A stretch of DNA of 64,000 nucleotides from a virus, in the IMG/VR virus record IMGVR_UViG_3300046535_002009, positions 1 to 64,000 of that record. One strand, 5' to 3'. Of this stretch, positions 18,862 through 28,467 are shown in pieces. Position 1 is the stretch's first letter; each line of letters begins with the position of its first letter. The notes beneath the pieces are model-generated. The model saw nothing but the letters and a program-made list of their open reading frames with translations. It was not told the origin of the DNA and did not search any database. The translations under genes were made by a program, and so were the position numbers.

Positions 18862-19001
18862 GGTGGTCCGCCCTTCAGGGTGGGTTGTGACCGGCGGGGC
18901 TTCGCGACACCCCTGGGTGAGAGCTTCGGCTCGGCCCCGCCGGTCTTTCTGCTGTCTGGGGTGGGACCGGGCCCCCGGCTGGCTGCCGGGGGCCCGGGTG
19001 G

Positions 19002-19367
19002 TTACTCCTGCTGGTCGATCCACTGCATGAGCCGGATCACGGCGTCCTGCGCGGTGTCGAGGTTGAGGCGGGCCGCCATGTAGCGGTAGTCGCCGGGGGT
19101 GTCGGCCCCGAGCGCGGTGAGGTCCACCCCGGCGATCCAGGCGAGGGCCGCCATGCAGAGGAGGGCCTGCTGGTGGGTGGGCATCGGGATCTCGTCGGCG
19201 AGTTCCGCGACCCGGCAGGCCGCCTCGATGGCGTCGGTGAGGCTGTCGGTGTCGATCGGCAGGGCGATCGGGATCGGCAGGTAGCTGCAGACCCGGCCGA
19301 GCGCGCGCCAGATCACGGTGGCCGCCGCCATGTTGATCTCGGCGTTGTAGTCGTCCTCGTCGGACAT
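19002..19367 (-). CDS. Hypothetical protein
   Basis: ATG after GAAGGG; own promoter upstream. Confidence 0.7.
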   Translation of the reverse strand: MSDEDDYNAEINMAAATVIWRALGRVCSYLPIPIALPIDTDSLTDAIEAACRVAELADEIPMPTHQQALLCMAALAWIAGVDLTALGADTPGDYRYMAARLNLDTAQDAVIRLMQWIDQQE

Positions 19368-19434
19368 GGTGTCCGCCCTTCTGTCGGAGGTGGGTTGCGG
19401 GCTTGGGGTTCGCGGCCCCTCGCCCGTGTATCCA

Positions 19435-19470
19435 GTATGGCATTGAGTTAGTAGATTTGCAACACTCAAT
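19435..19470 (-). promoter_or_regulatory. AT-rich promoter with overlapping inverted repeat
   Basis: TTGCAA...CATACT on minus strand; ATTGAGT-N15-ACTCAAT at 19442-19470. Confidence 0.6.
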
Positions 19471-19518
19471 CCCAAGGAGAAGCCCGGACCACCACGGGCC
19501 CGGGCCTCGTCCGACAGG

Positions 19519-19878
19519 TCAGGCCAGGCGCCACCCGGCCAGCCGGTCACCGGCGCCGACGGTCGCCAGCAGCCGGCGCCCGGGCAGCTCAGCGGGAGCC
19601 AGGCCGACGGCGTTGGCGATCTCCTGCGCCGGGTAGCGCTCCGGGCTGGCCGGGTTCTCGACGTCGGCGACGATCTCCGCCTGGTCGCCGATGAGCAGCA
19701 GCACGCGGACACGCACGGGTCCGGTCTCCATGGTGGTTCCTCCGTCTCGCAGGGTGGGCCGCGGCGCGGCCTGGGTGTCGAGCCAGCGCTGCGCCTGGTG
19801 CGACTGGCTCGCGGGCGCGGTGGTCGTGCGCAGCTCGGACAGGCGGGCGTGGCGCAGGGTCGTGGCGGTCGTGCTCAT
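19519..19878 (-). CDS. Hypothetical protein (possible second start at 19731)
   Basis: ATGA coupling; internal GGAGGA RBS before METGPV. Confidence 0.55.
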   Translation of the reverse strand: MSTTATTLRHARLSELRTTTAPASQSHQAQRWLDTQAAPRPTLRDGGTTMETGPVRVRVLLLIGDQAEIVADVENPASPERYPAQEIANAVGLAPAELPGRRLLATVGAGDRLAGWRLA

Positions 19879-20474
19879 GAGGGGATCCTCTCGCGTTCGT
19901 GGGTGGTCTGGGCGTGGTGGACGGCGAAGCGGTTCGGGTTGCCGTCCGGGTCGGGGATGATCCAGGCGAGGGCGTTGCTGTTGCCGTTGCCGGTCTGACC
20001 TGGGGCAACACCGGCGTCGGAAGGAGCGGGGGAGGGGTTGGGGAGGGGAGGGAGGTCCTGGGCGCGGAGGCCGCGGCGGACGCGCGCGCCGACCCTGACC
20101 TTGCGGATGTCGATCCCCTCGGCCTTGCACCAAGCGGTGAGGTCCTCGACGGTGATGCCGAGCGCGGGGGCGAGGACGTCGAGGTGCTTGCCGAAGAGGC
20201 CGGCGAGGTGGGCGTGCAGTGCAGGGAGCCAGTCGACCGGGTCCTCTCCGCACTCGCAGGCTGTGCTCGGCTTCGCGTACCAGCAGGCGAGGAGCCAGCC
20301 GGCTGCGAACGGCCACCACAGTGCGGGAGCAGCGAGGAGCACTCCCCCGCCGGCCGCGACGGCCAGGAGGGTGCCGATGATCCGGCCCGCGGCGGAGGCC
20401 ACGCCGTCGGCGGACCACCAGGCAGTGATCCGGCGCAGGAGCACTCCCCCGCCGGCGAGCAGCCGGTCGGTCAT
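19875..20474 (-). CDS. Membrane-anchored protein, plasmid-spread-like cluster
   Basis: Two TM segments followed by an HTH-like segment; coupled start. Confidence 0.65.
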   Translation of the reverse strand: MTDRLLAGGGVLLRRITAWWSADGVASAAGRIIGTLLAVAAGGGVLLAAPALWWPFAAGWLLACWYAKPSTACECGEDPVDWLPALHAHLAGLFGKHLDVLAPALGITVEDLTAWCKAEGIDIRKVRVGARVRRGLRAQDLPPLPNPSPAPSDAGVAPGQTGNGNSNALAWIIPDPDGNPNRFAVHHAQTTHERERIPS

Positions 20475-20968
20475 CAGTGGCCCGCTGTGGTGAACGGGCT
20501 GCCGATGAAGTTGGCGGCGGAGGCGAGGGGAACGGCGGCGGGCCCGGCGATCACGCTGGTGAGGGCGAGGCAGATCCCCGCGATCATGCCGCCCGCCGTC
20601 TTCAGCCACGGAATCCGCTTCCGGGCGATGGTCAGGAGGCAGACCATCACGACGGTGAGCAGGGCGACGATGACGGAGCCGCCGGAGGTGAGCGCGACGG
20701 TAGTGCGAGCGGTGACGTCGCGGGTGGTGCCGCCGACGCCGAAGACCAGGCCCAGGTCTCCGAGGCCGCCACTCCCCCACAGCGCGGTGCCCGCGGCGTA
20801 CCAGAGGAGGCTGCCGGTGGTGAGGGTGGCGAGCATGCCGTAGGCCATGGCAAGCAGCCACGGGACGAGGGCGCCGACCTTGTGGCCCTCGCGGTACCAC
20901 CAGACGAAGGCGTAGACGATGAGGAGGCCGAGGCCGAAGACGACGGCGCCGAGGGTCACGGGGGGCAT
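20474..20968 (-). CDS. Integral membrane protein
   Basis: About four hydrophobic helices; AGGAG RBS. Confidence 0.75.
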   Translation of the reverse strand: MPPVTLGAVVFGLGLLIVYAFVWWYREGHKVGALVPWLLAMAYGMLATLTTGSLLWYAAGTALWGSGGLGDLGLVFGVGGTTRDVTARTTVALTSGGSVIVALLTVVMVCLLTIARKRIPWLKTAGGMIAGICLALTSVIAGPAAVPLASAANFIGSPFTTAGH

Positions 20969-21117
20969 TGCTGGTGTCTCCTGGGAGGGTCGAGCCGGGG
21001 GCGGGGACTTGGCTGTCTACGAGTGGCGGCCGGAGTGGCGCCGCATGCGGTGCAGCGCGGCGGCCGCGCACAGGGCGGACAGGGGGAAGAGGATCTTGCA
21101 GGCGAGGTCGATGGCGG

Positions 21118-22251
21118 TCACAGGTAGTTCCCGGTGCCGGGCAGGGGGTCCTCGATCGGGGCCGGCGGGGGTTCCGGCGACTGCTGCTGGGCGGCCCTCC
21201 GGTCGCGTGAGCGCACGGTCCGGACATACGAGGCGTTGACGACGAGATCCCGTGAGGCGAGGAACGGGCCGTGCTGCGCCGTGACCGCCTCGGCGATGTC
21301 GCGGGCTGTGGTGCCGGGGCCGAGCTGCGCCTCGGCCTGGCGGACGAGGTCGGCCAGGGCGGGCTCCTGGCCAGGCGCGGCGGGGTGCGGCGCGGGTGGG
21401 GCGGGCGGCGCAGCGGGCACCGGGGGGATCGGCACGGGGCCCAGCTGCTTCGGGGCCGGGGCTGCCGGCACGGCGGCCGGCCGGGCCGGGGCCGGGGTGG
21501 CGCGCCGCACGGTGATGCGCTCCGTGGCGCAGATCATCGCGATCTCCTGCGGCGTGATGTCGTGCCCGTAGCGTCGCGCCATGTCGGCCAGTCCCTGGTC
21601 GTCGAGGGCGGGGTGGGTGCGGCTGAGGATGTCGACGACCTCGATCGCGGTGAGGCGGGAGAACTTGTCGACGAGCAGCTCGTGCGCGGTGCGGCGCCGC
21701 ACAAGCGGAGCTACGGGTTCGGGCGCCTCGGGCTCGAGCGCGGCGGGACCGGTGACGCGCTCCACGGCGCGGCGCTTCACAGCAGCTCCTGCTTCGCCGC
21801 TGGCGAGGATCCAGGTGAGGAAGCCGTACGAGGGCAGTCGCATCGGGGCTTCGCCGCGTTCGACACGGGCGGCATCCCGGGCGCTCGACCAGGAGAAGTA
21901 GGTGATGGCCAGCATGCCGAAGGTCGGGGAGGCGAAGAAGAGAGAGGCCGGCGTCCCGCCGTGGATCAGCTGGGCGTGGAAGTGGTTGAGGTAGATCGAG
22001 ATGCTGGCCATGATGATGCCGGCGCCGAGGGGGACCGCGCCGGAGCGGCCGGCCCGGACGGACTCGCTCGCGTGGTGAAGGCAGACGACGGCGATGCCGT
22101 CGAAGACGAGCCCGGAGGTCACCGCCTGCCACGTCGGGAGGCCGAAGTACCGGGCGACGACGTACAGGGACCAGGCGGTGACGCCTGCGGCGGCGAGTCC
22201 GATGACGGTCTTCGCCAGCCACCAGGCGATCTTGCGGCGGATGTTGTGCAC
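21118..22251 (-). CDS. SpdA/SpdB/DUF2637-like membrane protein
   Basis: TAWSL...GLVFDGIA, four N-terminal TMs, Pro-rich linker, C-terminal helical domain. Confidence 0.65.
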   Translation of the reverse strand: MHNIRRKIAWWLAKTVIGLAAAGVTAWSLYVVARYFGLPTWQAVTSGLVFDGIAVVCLHHASESVRAGRSGAVPLGAGIIMASISIYLNHFHAQLIHGGTPASLFFASPTFGMLAITYFSWSSARDAARVERGEAPMRLPSYGFLTWILASGEAGAAVKRRAVERVTGPAALEPEAPEPVAPLVRRRTAHELLVDKFSRLTAIEVVDILSRTHPALDDQGLADMARRYGHDITPQEIAMICATERITVRRATPAPARPAAVPAAPAPKQLGPVPIPPVPAAPPAPPAPHPAAPGQEPALADLVRQAEAQLGPGTTARDIAEAVTAQHGPFLASRDLVVNASYVRTVRSRDRRAAQQQSPEPPPAPIEDPLPGTGNYL

Positions 22252-23096
22252 GTGACGCTCCTTCCGAGGTGAGGGCGTGCGGGGGTTCCGCGGTCAGCGG
22301 ATGTGGAGGTAGCCCAGTTCGTGGAGCACGAAGAGCACGGCGATGAGCAGCTGGGCGAAGATCGAGATCAGTGCGAAGGTGCGCATGGGTCTCCTGGCGG
22401 GCATGCCGGGGTGGGCCCGGGGCGGTCGGCGGGCGGGCCGCCCCGGGCTGGGGATACGAGGGTCAGGCCGCCTGCGGGCGGCCCCAGATGGCGTAGAGGC
22501 GCAGCGAGAGCGCGGTGACCGCGTCGTCGCCGGCATCCAGGACCTGGTTGGCGGCGGCCTCGCGCTGCACGGGCGTCGCGTCCGGGTCGAGGTCGCCGAC
22601 GCTCACCAGGAGGGTGGCGATGCCGTCGCCGTGTTCCCGCATGGTGCTCACTCGTCGTCTCCGTCCGTGGGGTTGGAGGTGATGGTGTCCGCACCGATGT
22701 CCGGGGCTCCGAACGGACGGGTCGGCCGGGACGGCTGGGGCTCTGCCGGGGCAGCCGGCTGCAGGGGCTCGCTCTGGCCGAAGGCCTGCCAGCACTGCGG
22801 GCGGGCGCCGAGGTCGGGGTCGGTCCAGTTGCTCACTGGGCGCCGCCGACGGGGGTGGGCTGGGGGCGCGCGCCGGGGCGGCGGTAGCGGGAGTCTCCGG
22901 GGTACGTCACGCCCGGCTCGCGCTGCGGGAGCGGCTGCTCCGAGCTGCTGCCGTGGGCGGCGTGCTGCTGGATAACATCAGGCATGGTCTGTCCTCTCGT
23001 GCTTGGCGTGCGGAGGGTGGGCTGGCCCCGGTCGGTGTGTGAGAGCCCGACCGGGGCCGTTCTGTTGTGGAGCACACAGGGAGTGCGCCGCGTCCG

Positions 23097-23150
23097 CCGT
23101 ACAGCGGGCGCTATATGGACACCGTACAGCGTCCGCTGTACGGTGTCCAT
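23097..23150. promoter_or_regulatory. Operator palindrome at divergent switch
   Basis: Perfect 17-bp arms ATGGACACCGTACAGCG-TC-CGCTGTACGGTGTCCAT (23115-23150) plus an extra CCGTACAGCG at 23097. Confidence 0.8.
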
Positions 23151-23184
23151 TGGCGAGCACACTCCCCCTTCGAAGGGAGCAGCG

Positions 23185-23484
23185 GTGGCCGCCGAGAAGC
23201 ACGAGGACGAGGAGGTGAAGCGCGTGGTCGACACAGTCGACTCGCTCCATACGGTGGAAGACCCAACCGAGCGGGCGCGCAGGGCCGGGGCCCTACTCGC
23301 CGAGTGGCCGGTCCAGGCCGCGAGGCTGCGCGAGATCAGGCAGGCCGCAGTCCAGGACTTGCGGACGGACCAGGTGAGTTACCGCAACATCGCCAAGGCT
23401 CTGGGCCTCTCGGTCGCCAGAGTGCAGCAGATCGAAGCCGGCGCCCGGGGCAAGACCAAGACCTCCCCGGACAGCGGGGAGTAG
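23185..23484 (+). CDS. Small HTH repressor-like protein
   Basis: SYRNIAKALGLSVARVQQI HTH; GAAGGGAG RBS. Confidence 0.8.
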   Translation: MAAEKHEDEEVKRVVDTVDSLHTVEDPTERARRAGALLAEWPVQAARLREIRQAAVQDLRTDQVSYRNIAKALGLSVARVQQIEAGARGKTKTSPDSGE

Positions 23485-23610
23485 CCGCCAACAACGCAGC
23501 AAGGGCCCGGTGCGCTAACACCGAGCCCTCGAACACCGACCGCACCCACCAGGCCTGAGAAACCGCGGGTGCAGATCTGGAGCACCGCCATGATGGCAGG
23601 TTCTGTCGCC

Positions 23611-23808
23611 ATGCCCAAGACCACCCCCGCGGCGCTGATCGCCGCCCTCCCCCCGGACGCGCCGGTTCCGCTGCGCACCGCCTGGGTCGACGGCGCCCTG
23701 TTCGCCGCGTACAGCCCGGCCCAGCTCGACCGTCCCTCCGCCTGGGCCCTGCTCGGCGAGGCCGTCAACAGCATGCTGCGCGACATCACCCCGGCGGTGA
23801 CCGCGTGA
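23611..23808 (+). CDS. Hypothetical protein
   Basis: High-GC3 ORF MPKTTPAAL. Confidence 0.5.
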   Translation: MPKTTPAALIAALPPDAPVPLRTAWVDGALFAAYSPAQLDRPSAWALLGEAVNSMLRDITPAVTA

Positions 23809-23987
23809 CCGGCCTCATCGCCCGCCTGGGCGGCGCCTCCGGCCCGCACCACGCCGCGCTCACCGTCGCCAAGGCCGAGTCGGCCGGCTTCGAGGACGTC
23901 TCGATGACGTACCGGCCCGCGAGCGAGACCTTCGAGGTCCGCGGCACCCTGCCGGACGACGAGCTCAGCATCCCGACCGGCCGCTGA
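23805..23987 (+). CDS. Hypothetical protein
   Basis: GTGA-coupled ORF. Confidence 0.5.
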   Translation: MTGLIARLGGASGPHHAALTVAKAESAGFEDVSMTYRPASETFEVRGTLPDDELSIPTGR

Positions 23988-24094
23988 GGCCGCCCTGCCG
24001 CCCGGGCCCGGGGCCCGGGCGGCGCCCACCCTGCTTCTCCCGTTTCCGCCGCGACCGCGGCGACGCACGTTGGAGTCCCACGCTGAACGCCACC

Positions 24095-25249
24095 ATGCCC
24101 GGATCGGCCATGCCCGATCCGGCCGAGCTCGACCAGCAGATCGAGATCCAGATCGGGCGCCGCGCGCCCTTCACGCAGATCGGTGACTGGGTCCTGGTCT
24201 CCGCTGTCTCCGACCGGGCGGTCGCCCTGTACTGCCGCCTGTCCATGCACATCAACGTGACCCGCGGGGACACCGAGGTCTGGCCTGCCCTTGAGGTCCT
24301 GGCCGAGTGGGCCGGATTCTCGAAGTCGGAGTCGATCACGCCGTACCTCGACGAGCTGGTGGTCATCGGCGCGGTGTCGGTCGAGCAGTCCCGGTACGCC
24401 AACGGCCTGCGGGCCCGGAACCGGTATGTCGTGCACCAGACGCCGGAGGCCGGCTACGTCGGGCCGCTCTCGGCCGCCGACTACTACGCGCTGCGCCGGG
24501 CCCGCCCGGACGACCTGGCCGCGTGGCGGGAGCAGCGGCGGGCGTGGATCGCCGATCAGGCCCGGGACATGGCGGCCCGGCGGAAGGAGGGGGCGAGGAA
24601 GAGGCGGCGCAGTGCGGCCGCGTCCGCACCCCCGCCGGGCGGGGTACGTACCCCGCTCCAGCGGGGTACGGCGCGAGCTGGGGCGACGCGGGACGAGGGC
24701 CTGTTTCCGGTACCCCGCTCCAGCGGGGTACGTACCCCGGTGCAGCGGGGTCCGGTACCCCGCCCCAGCGGGGTGGAACAAGACGTAGTTCAACCAGACG
24801 AAGTTCTTCTCTCTCCGTCGCCCGAGCCCGAGCCGGTCCCGGCCGCGCCGGAGAGAGAGACCACGGCTCCGCTGGACACCCACGACCAGGCGCAGCAGGT
24901 GGCCTCGGCCTGGGAGGCGGCGCGCGGCGGCCGACCGGTGCCGGCTGCGCGGCGGCAGGTGGCGGCGACGGCGGCCGAGCTGCTGGCGGCGGGCTGGTCG
25001 CTGGTGGACGTGACCGCGCTGGCGGAGGACATGGCGCGGGTGCAGCCCGCCTGGCGGGACCTGTCGAGCCACGCGGCGCACTGGCGGCCAGCACCGCCTG
25101 TGCGGGCGGCACTGGTGCTGCCGGAGTGGTGCGGGGAGTGCGAGGGTCCTGCGCTGGAGCAGCGGTGGGTGACCCGGCCGGACGGGGTTGGCCGGTGCGG
25201 CAGGTGCCACCCGCATGCGCAGAACCCGCAGGTCAGCTCGGCCGCGTGA
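24095..25249 (+). CDS. Phage replication initiator (N-terminal wHTH, C-terminal Zn-finger)
   Basis: FTQIGDWVL...ALYCRL...WPALEVLAEWAG...YLDELVVIGAV; WCGEC...RCGRCHP; internal iterons. Confidence 0.8.
   Translation: MPGSAMPDPAELDQQIEIQIGRRAPFTQIGDWVLVSAVSDRAVALYCRLSMHINVTRGDTEVWPALEVLAEWAGFSKSESITPYLDELVVIGAVSVEQSRYANGLRARNRYVVHQTPEAGYVGPLSAADYYALRRARPDDLAAWREQRRAWIADQARDMAARRKEGARKRRRSAAASAPPPGGVRTPLQRGTARAGATRDEGLFPVPRSSGVRTPVQRGPVPRPSGVEQDVVQPDEVLLSPSPEPEPVPAAPERETTAPLDTHDQAQQVASAWEAARGGRPVPAARRQVAATAAELLAAGWSLVDVTALAEDMARVQPAWRDLSSHAAHWRPAPPVRAALVLPEWCGECEGPALEQRWVTRPDGVGRCGRCHPHAQNPQVSSAA
24628..24776. repeat. Palindromic 22-bp iterons (putative origin)
   Basis: GTACCCCGCTCCAGCGGGGTAC at 24648 and 24710; variants at 24732, 24755 and a degenerate copy near 24628. 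Confidence 0.8.
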
Positions 25250-25264
25250 GACCCAGCCTGCACA

Positions 25265-25331
25265 TTTAGTGGGTACCCCCTTGACTGCGGATCCGCAGCA
25301 GTCCTAACGTGAATGCTGTCAGAGAGCAGCA
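25265..25331 (+). promoter_or_regulatory. Promoter/operator A
   Basis: TTGACT-N18-TAACGT; GACTG-N8-CAGCA and TGCTG-N8-CAGCA. Confidence 0.8.
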
Positions 25332-25362
25332 GTTGTCGAAGCGGCAACCCCGGGAGAAGACG

Positions 25363-26040
25363 ATGACCACAACCCACCACGTCCGCACCGAGAACGGGAC
25401 CCCGACGCTCATCACCACCCGCGCCGCCCTCGACGAGATCAACGCCGGCATGATGGACAAGACCGTCAAGCGCACCATCCGGCAGATGTCCGCCGCTCGC
25501 GGTGAAGCCGACATCGAGTACCGCGACGGCCGGAAGGTCAGCATCCGGCGCGCCACCCCGGAGCAGATCGCCCAGCACACCGCACCGAAGCGGCCCGCTG
25601 ACGTGTCGGCCCGCGCACTCGCCGAGGAGATCGGCGTCTCATACGACGACGTCCACGACGCCGCGTCCGACCTCGCCTCCGAATGGTTCCCCGAGCACGG
25701 GCACCGCGCCGTCTTCCGCACCATCCCCGGTAACGACTTCGGCCTGTCCGCCGCCGCCGACGACGAGATCCGCAAGCGGGTCAAGCCGGAGACCGACGCG
25801 CACGGGCGCCGGATCATCTCCGTCAAGGGCAAGCGCTACATCGTCGCCAACCGCATCAGCCCCGCGAAGGTGACGGAGCACAGCAACGGCACGACGCACC
25901 GGTGGCCGGGCGGCGTGGACTACTGGAGCGAGCGCAACGGGGACACCTTCGGGCCCGTTTGTACCGCGCTCGGCAACAGCAAGCCGGGCACCGTCGGCGC
26001 CGCGATCTGGGCGACCGTCGCCGCCCTGCCGACCACCTGA
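25363..26040 (+). CDS. Hypothetical protein
   Basis: GGGAG RBS; strong codon bias. Confidence 0.75.
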   Translation: MTTTHHVRTENGTPTLITTRAALDEINAGMMDKTVKRTIRQMSAARGEADIEYRDGRKVSIRRATPEQIAQHTAPKRPADVSARALAEEIGVSYDDVHDAASDLASEWFPEHGHRAVFRTIPGNDFGLSAAADDEIRKRVKPETDAHGRRIISVKGKRYIVANRISPAKVTEHSNGTTHRWPGGVDYWSERNGDTFGPVCTALGNSKPGTVGAAIWATVAALPTT

Positions 26041-26126
26041 CACCCCACCAGCCGGGTCCGGCGGCCGAGGCACACACCGACCGCCGGACCAACCAACCCC
26101 TCACCACCCGACCGAAAGGCACCACC

Positions 26127-26753
26127 GTGACCGGCCTCGCCGACCGCCTCACCGACACCGCTGCCGGCTCCTGGGGCGAGGAGGCCTCGATCTGGCTCCT
26201 CGACATCCACGACCACTGGCTCCCCGAGCTGGAGCGCTGCGGCATGATCCGCACCGACGCCGACCTGCCGGACTACTCCGCCATCAACTGGTCGCTGGCC
26301 GCGTCCGCCGTCCTGACCCGCGGCGACAACCCGCTGATCGGGACCACCTCGGAGTGGCAGATCCTCGCGGTCGCCTGCTCCCTGACCGGGCGCCACGCAC
26401 TCGGGTGGGGCGACCTCTCCTTCGTCGACGGGCCGAACAAGCGCCTCGTCGTCCACGCCACCGCCTGGGCCTCGGGCGGCCGGGCCTTCGCTGACCAGTT
26501 GCACGTCCTCGCCACCCAGCTGTGGGTTGCCGACTACGACGGCGCCGAGATCACGGTCTGGTCGACCGCCGACAAGGCCCGCGAGTACTGCGACGACATC
26601 GCGAAGGTCGACCGGACGCCGGACACCCACTGGGACTGGGTTCCCGCGGAGGAGGGCGGCGAGCAGATGGTGTGGGTCCGGGAGCTCGACGACGCACCGC
26701 TCGCGGCCGGGCCCGGCCGCATCACGCCGATCACCATCGACCCGGCCAACTGA
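26127..26753 (+). CDS. Hypothetical protein
   Basis: GAAAGG RBS + GTG. Confidence 0.72.
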   Translation: MTGLADRLTDTAAGSWGEEASIWLLDIHDHWLPELERCGMIRTDADLPDYSAINWSLAASAVLTRGDNPLIGTTSEWQILAVACSLTGRHALGWGDLSFVDGPNKRLVVHATAWASGGRAFADQLHVLATQLWVADYDGAEITVWSTADKAREYCDDIAKVDRTPDTHWDWVPAEEGGEQMVWVRELDDAPLAAGPGRITPITIDPAN

Positions 26754-26818
26754 CCGACGAATGTCCACCGTGGCGGCCGGACTCGCCGGCCGCCGCCTCG
26801 ATACCGAACGGATCCAGC

Positions 26819-27541
26819 ATGTCTGACACCTCTGTCACCCCGGCACCCACGCCCGAGCCGATCACCAACCAGGAGATCCCGGAGCTGGCGGACCGGGTCG
26901 CCCGCGAGCTGGTCCACTTCCTCCTCACCGAGTCCCGGAACTTCCTGGGCAACGGCGAGATCGACGAGGCCATCGGCAACGACAAGGACGCCGTCCGGCT
27001 CGATGCCCACACGCGCGGCCTGGTGTACGGCCAGGTCTGGGACGCGCTCGGCCGAGCCGCCGTCGAGTACCAGCCGCGCAACCACGTGCTCGCCGAGGCG
27101 GAGGAGATCGCCAGCTCGGTCATCGGGTGGGAGTGGCACCTCGACACCCTGAACGCGATCTGCGAGCGCCTGCGCGCCGCGCACGACAGCACCCCCAGAG
27201 TGTCGGCCTCCGACCGCGTCGCGGCCATCGCCACACGCGTCGCCGCGCTGCCCGTCTCCCCCGGCGGCGGCCGGATCACGGCCAGCCGCGACGAGATCCT
27301 ACGCGCGATCAACGGGAGCGCCCAGCCCGACACGGTCCGCATCAGCTCCCCGATCATCTGCTGCGGGTTCTGCGGCGACTTCCCCGTCGAGGAGGAGCAC
27401 CGCGACCACGGCGACCTGCGCTTCGTCGGCGACCCGGAGACAGCCGAGGCCGCCTGCATCGACTATCTGACCACCTACCGGGGCTGGAAGTTCACCGGGA
27501 CCGCGACCGAGACACGCTGCGGCGGCTGCATCAACGGCTGA
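26819..27541 (+). CDS. Hypothetical protein, C-terminal CxxC pairs
   Basis: MSDTSV...; CGFC and CGGC. Confidence 0.7.
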   Translation: MSDTSVTPAPTPEPITNQEIPELADRVARELVHFLLTESRNFLGNGEIDEAIGNDKDAVRLDAHTRGLVYGQVWDALGRAAVEYQPRNHVLAEAEEIASSVIGWEWHLDTLNAICERLRAAHDSTPRVSASDRVAAIATRVAALPVSPGGGRITASRDEILRAINGSAQPDTVRISSPIICCGFCGDFPVEEEHRDHGDLRFVGDPETAEAACIDYLTTYRGWKFTGTATETRCGGCING

Positions 27542-27620
27542 CCCGTCACCGCAGGGCCGGCCAGGAACAGTCGGCCCGTGCAACACCCCGCCAACCCAAC
27601 TCCACGGAAGGAGCCCCTCG

Positions 27621-27887
27621 ATGCCCACCACTCCGACTCGCGCACCCGGCTCGGCGCAGCGCCGGACCGTCCGGGCCACCGAGTGCCCGGTCCGGATCTG
27701 GGTCGAGGACCACACCCTGGGCGGCCGGACGTTCTCCGTGAACTCCCGCTCCCCCCGGCGGCCGCACGGCCGGGTCGTCACCATCGACCGGATCGAGGTC
27801 CGCGACCACCTCCGGTACGGCACCACGACCGACGGGGACCAGGTCCGGCTCGGCGGCACCTCGGCAGACCTGTGGGTCGAAGCCTGA
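27621..27887 (+). CDS. Hypothetical protein
   Basis: AAGGAG RBS. Confidence 0.65.
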   Translation: MPTTPTRAPGSAQRRTVRATECPVRIWVEDHTLGGRTFSVNSRSPRRPHGRVVTIDRIEVRDHLRYGTTTDGDQVRLGGTSADLWVEA

Positions 27888-27931
27888 CCCTGCCTCGACT
27901 ACGGGCCGACCAGGCGGATCCCTGTCCTGGG

Positions 27932-27969
27932 TGCTGCAAATCGCAGCATTCTGTTGTCAGTGCGCAGCA
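27932..27969 (+). promoter_or_regulatory. Operator B (two sites)
   Basis: TGCTG-N7-CAGCA and TGTTG-TCAGTGCG-CAGCA. Confidence 0.7.
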
Positions 27970-28177
27970 ACCTCGGTAGTGTCGTTCCACGCCACCGGGC
28001 CGCCGTCCCGCACCGGCGGCCCGGTGGCCACGGAGGCACGCGCGCACCGACCTGCGCCGCTGAGCCCCGACAGTGCGGGCCCGGCCCGACCCCCCTCAGG
28101 GCCGGCCCGCACGCCCCTACCGCAGCTCCCACCCCGACCCGTCGCAGCGTCGGCGGCACACCCCCACGGAGCCCCGC

Positions 28178-28453
28178 ATGGTCTTCATAGCCACCCACCA
28201 GGACGCCTACCTCGCGGCCACCAAGGTCCACCCGGGCGCAGCCAAGTTCCACGTGCACGACCTCGACTCCCGGCTCGTCGGCTTCACCTTCGCGCTCCGC
28301 GGCGGCCGTACCTACGCGTGGATCACCAGCGCTGGCCAGATCGGCACCACTGCCTGCGACAGCCGGAGCGCCGCCCTGCTGGACCTCCTGGCGGCCGTCA
28401 TCCAGCCGGAACACCGGCGCGCCACCCAGGCGTCCTACGCCCTCCACTCCTGA
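28178..28453 (+). CDS. Hypothetical protein
   Basis: GGAG RBS, MVFIATHQ. Confidence 0.65.
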   Translation: MVFIATHQDAYLAATKVHPGAAKFHVHDLDSRLVGFTFALRGGRTYAWITSAGQIGTTACDSRSAALLDLLAAVIQPEHRRATQASYALHS

Positions 28454-28467
28454 AGGACACCCACCCG

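Noticed and set aside
24628-24776. Mini-CRISPR
   Set aside because: Units are mostly abutting, lie inside a CDS and lack regular unique spacers
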